Positions 60,145-64,000 of a stretch of DNA of 64,000 nt are shown here, piece after piece (the first letter of the stretch is position 1; each line of letters opens with the position of its first letter). The DNA lies in assembly GCF_963921235.1 (NCBI RefSeq), contig NC_086097.1, forward strand, positions 1,426,001 to 1,490,000, written 5' to 3'. The notes under the pieces are model-generated. The model was not told where the DNA came from. It saw nothing but the letters and a program-made list of their open reading frames with translations, and did no database searches. Both the position numbers and the translations under genes were made by a program. The stretch comes from Mobula hypostoma (Eukaryota).

Positions 60145-62945
60145 GTCCATAAGACCATAAGACCATAAGACAAAGGAGCAGAAGTAGGCCATTCGGCCCA
60201 TTGAGTCTGCTCCGCCATTTTATCATGAGCTGATCCATTTTATCCCATTTAGTCCCACTGCCCGGCCTTTTCACCATAACCTTTGATGTCCTGGCTACTC
60301 AGATACCTATCAATCTCTGCCTTAAATACGCCCAATGACTTGGCCTCCACTGCTGCCCGTGGCAACAAATTCCATAGATTCACCACTCTCTGACTAAAAA
60401 AATTTCTTCGCATTTCTGTTCTGAAAGGGCGCCCTTCAATCCTGAAGTCATGCCCTCTCGTACTAGACTCCCCCATCATGGGAAACAACTTTGCCACATC
60501 CACTCTGTCCATGCCTTTTAACATTCGAAATGTTTCTATGAGGTCTCCCCTCATTCTTCTAAACTCCAAGGAATACAGTCCAAGAGTGGACAAACGTTCC
60601 TCATATGTTAACCCTCTCATTCCCGGAATCATTCTCGTGAATCTTCTCTGTAGCCTCTCCAACGTCAGCACATCCTTTCTTAAATAAGGAGACCAAAACT
60701 GCCCACAGTACTCCAAGTGAGGTCTCACCAGCGCCTTATAGAGCCTCAACATCACATCCCTGCTCCTATACTCTATTCCTCTAGAAATGAATGCCAACAT
60801 TGCATTCGCCTTCTTCACTACCGACTCAACCTGGAGGTTAACCTTTAGGGTATCCTGTACGAGGACTCCCAAGTCCCGTTGCATCTCAGAACTTCGAATT
60901 CTTTCCCAATTTAAATAATAGTCTGCCCATTTATTTCTTCTGCCAAAGTGCATAACCATACACTTTCCAACATTGTACTTCATTTGCCACTTCTCTGCCC
61001 ATTCTTCCAATCTATCCAAGTCTCTCTGCAGACTCTCCGTTTCCTCAGCACTACCGGCCCCTCCACCTATCTTCGTATCGTCAGCAAACTTAGCCACAAA
61101 GCCATCTATTCCATAATCCAGATCGTTGATGTACAATGTAAAAAGAAGCGGCCCCAACACTGATCCCTGTGGAACACCACTGGTAACCGGCAGCCAACCA
61201 GAATAGGATCCCTTTATTCCCACTCTCTGTTTCCTGCCAATCAGCCAACGCTCTATCCACGTATGTAACTTCCCCATAATTCCATGGGCTCTTGTTAAGT
61301 AGCCTCATGTGTGGCACCTTGTCAAACGCCTTCTGAAAATCCAAATATACAACATCCACTGCATCTCCCTTGTCTAGCCTACTGGTAATTTCCTCAAAAA
61401 TTGTAATAGGTTTGTCAGGCAGGATTTTCCTTTAAGGAATCCATGCTGAGTTCTGCCTATCTTGTCATATGCCTCCAGGTACTCTGTAACCTCATCCTTG
61501 ACAATCGACTCCAACAACTTCCCAACCACAGACGTCAAGCTAACAGGTCTATAATTTCCTTTTTGCTTCCTTGCCCCCTTCTTAAATAGCGGAGTGACAT
61601 TTGCAATCTTCCAGTCTTCCGGAACCATGCCAGAATCTATCGACTTTTGAAAGATCATCGCTAATGCCTCCGCAATCTCCACAGCTACTTCCTTCAGAAC
61701 ACGAGGGTGCATTCCATCTGGTCCGGGAGATTTATCGACCTTTAGCCTATTCAGCTTCCTGAGTACTTTCCCTGTCGTAATTGTGACTGCGCACACTTCT
61801 CTTCCCTGCCACCCTTGAGTGTCCGGTATCCTGCTGTCTTCCTCAGTGAAGACTGATGCAAAATACTTGTTCAGTTCCTCTGCCATCTCCTCATCTGCCA
61901 TTACAATTTCTCCAGTATCATTTTCTATCGGTCCTATATCTACTCTCACCTGTCTTTTACTCTTTATATACTTGAAAAAGCTTTTAGTATCGTCTTTGAT
62001 ATTATTTGCTAGTTTCCTTTCATAGTTAATCTTTTCTCTCTTAATGACCTTCTTGGTTTCCTTTTGTAAGGTTTTAAAAACTTCCCAATCCTCTGTCTTC
62101 CCACTAACTTTTGCTTCCTTGTATGCCCTCTCCTTTGCTTTAACTTTGGCTTTGACTTCTCTTGTCAACCACGGTTGCATCCTTTTTCCACTCGAAAATT
62201 AATCTTTTTTGGAATATACCTGTCTTGCACATTCCTCATTTTTCGCATAAACTCCAGCCACTGCTGCTCTGCCGTCTTTCCCGCCAGTGTCTCTTTCCAG
62301 TCAACTTTGGCCAGTTCCTCTCTCATGCCACTGTAATTTCCTTTACTCCACTGAAACACTGACACATCAGATTTCGGCTTCTCTTTTTCTAATTTCACAG
62401 TGAACTCAATCATGTTATGATCACTGCCTCCTAAGGGTTCCTTCACCTCAATCTCTCCAATCACCTCTGGTTCATTACACAATACCCAATCCAGTACAGC
62501 CGGTCCCCTAGTGGGCTCAACAACAAGCTGTTCTAAAAAGCCATCTCGCAGACATTCTACAAATTCTCTCTCTTGAGATCCAGTGCCGACCTGATTTTTC
62601 CAATCTACTCGCATGTTAAAATCCCCCACAATTATCATAACACTACCCTTCTGACAAGCCTTTTCTATTTCCAGTTGTAATTTGTAGTCCGCATCCCTGC
62701 AGCTGTTTGGAGGCCTATAAATAACTGCCATCAGGGTCTTTTTACCCCTGCTATTCCTTAGCTCAACCCATAAAGATTCAACACCTTCCGATCCTATATC
62801 ACCTCTTTCTAACGATTTAATATCATTTCTTACCAATAAAGCCACGCCTCGCCCTCTGCCTACCTTCCTATCCTTCCGATACACCGTGTATCCTTGGACG
62901 TTCAGCTCCCAGAGACATGCATCCTTTAGCCAGGTCTCAGTCACA
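60145..62945 (-). mobile_element. Young CR1 ORF2, nearly complete (endonuclease plus RT), a few frameshifts
   Basis: ORFs 62165..62944 (TETWL, GDFNM, SDHNM), 61374..62180 and 60249..61277; (CCATAAGA)n tail on the plus strand. Confidence 0.95.
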
Positions 62946-63029
62946 ACCAGAGTTCATCTTATTGTGGTAGGGAACACTTAATAGTCATACTATTTAATAT
63001 TATTGTTATATACTATTAATGCTTTATAC

Positions 63030-64000
63030 TTTATTGTCGCCAAACAATTGGTACTAGAATGTACAATCATTACAGCGATATTTGATTCTGCGCTTCACAC
63101 TCCCTATATTACAGATATTAAATATTAAAAATATTAAATATAGTTAAAATTAGTAAATATTAAACATTTGAATTATAAATCATAAATAGAAAATAGAAAA
63201 ATGAGAAGTAAGGTTAGTGCAAAAAAAAAACCGAGAGGCAGGTCCGGATATTTGGAGGCTACGGTCCAGATCCAGGTCAGGATCCGTTCAGCAGTCTTAT
63301 CACAGTTGGAAAGAAGCTGTTCCCAAATCTGGCTGTATGATTCTTCAAGCTCCTGAACCTTTTCCTGGAGGGAAGAGGGACAAAAAGTGTGTTGGCTGGG
63401 TGGGTCTTGTCCTTGATTATCCTGCAGCACTGCTCCGACAGCGTGCGGTGCAAAGTGAGTCCAAGGATGGAAGATTGGTTTGTGTGATGTGTTGCACCGT
63501 GTTCACGATCTTCTGCAGCTTCTTTTGGTCTTGGACAGGACAACTTCCATACCAGGTTGTGATGCACCCTAGAAGAATGCTTTCTGCAGTGCATCTATAA
63601 AAATTAGTGAGGGTTTTAGGGGACAGGCCAAATTTCCTTAGTTTTCTCAGGAAGTAAAGGCGCTGGTGGGCCTTCTTGGCAGTGGACTCTGCTTGGTTGG
63701 ACCAGGTCAGGTCATTTGTGATATTGACCCCGAGGAACTTAAATCTTTTGACCTGTTCCACTTGCGCACCAGCGATGTAAATTGGGTCGTGCGGTCCGCT
63801 GCTCCTTCTGAAGTCAACAACCAATTCCTTCGTCTTGCTGATGTTGAGGGATAGGTCATTGTCTTCCCACCTTGCCACCAGGTTCTTAATTTCCTCTCTG
63901 TACTCAAACTCATCATTACCCGAGGTACGGCCTACAATTGTTGTGTCATCAACAAACATATATTGAGTTTGATGGAAACCTGGCTACGCAATCATGGGTG
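63030..64000 (-). mobile_element. Rex1/Babar 3' part (runs past the window end)
   Basis: FVDDTTIVGRTSGNDEFEYREEI..KKAHQRLYFLRKL; inverted close copy of 11370-12310. Confidence 0.92.

Overview
Eukaryotic, repeat-dense vertebrate DNA. The HE1/V-SINE-like SINE, CR1, Rex1/Babar and Penelope content points to a cartilaginous fish such as a ray or shark (inference). The only host gene I can support is coding exon 1 of FLVCR2 (SLC49A2/MFSD7C, an MFS choline/ethanolamine transporter) on the minus strand at 38866..38363. It sits in a CpG island, and intron 1 runs off the left end of the window (I found no exon 2). Most of the rest is nested transposable elements: many CR1 LINEs, Rex1/Babar LINEs, RTE, L1 and Penelope fragments, SINEs, an internally deleted Gypsy element with a PNMA-like gag, a solo LTR and a triple-nested DNA transposon stack. 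The most unusual items are: (1) a 48-bp tandem array in the AUG-free FLVCR2 leader with a GTGAGT splice donor in every unit; (2) a 33-bp promoter repeat carrying a YY1-type motif; (3) degenerate minimal hammerhead ribozymes in Penelope ends; (4) a ~1-kb 33-bp minisatellite at a Gypsy gag-pro junction; (5) three nested DNA transposons just upstream of the promoter. Most ORFs in the supplied track are TE fragments or antisense artefacts. TE boundaries are approximate unless a target-site duplication (TSD) is given, and family names come from motif recognition, not database searches.
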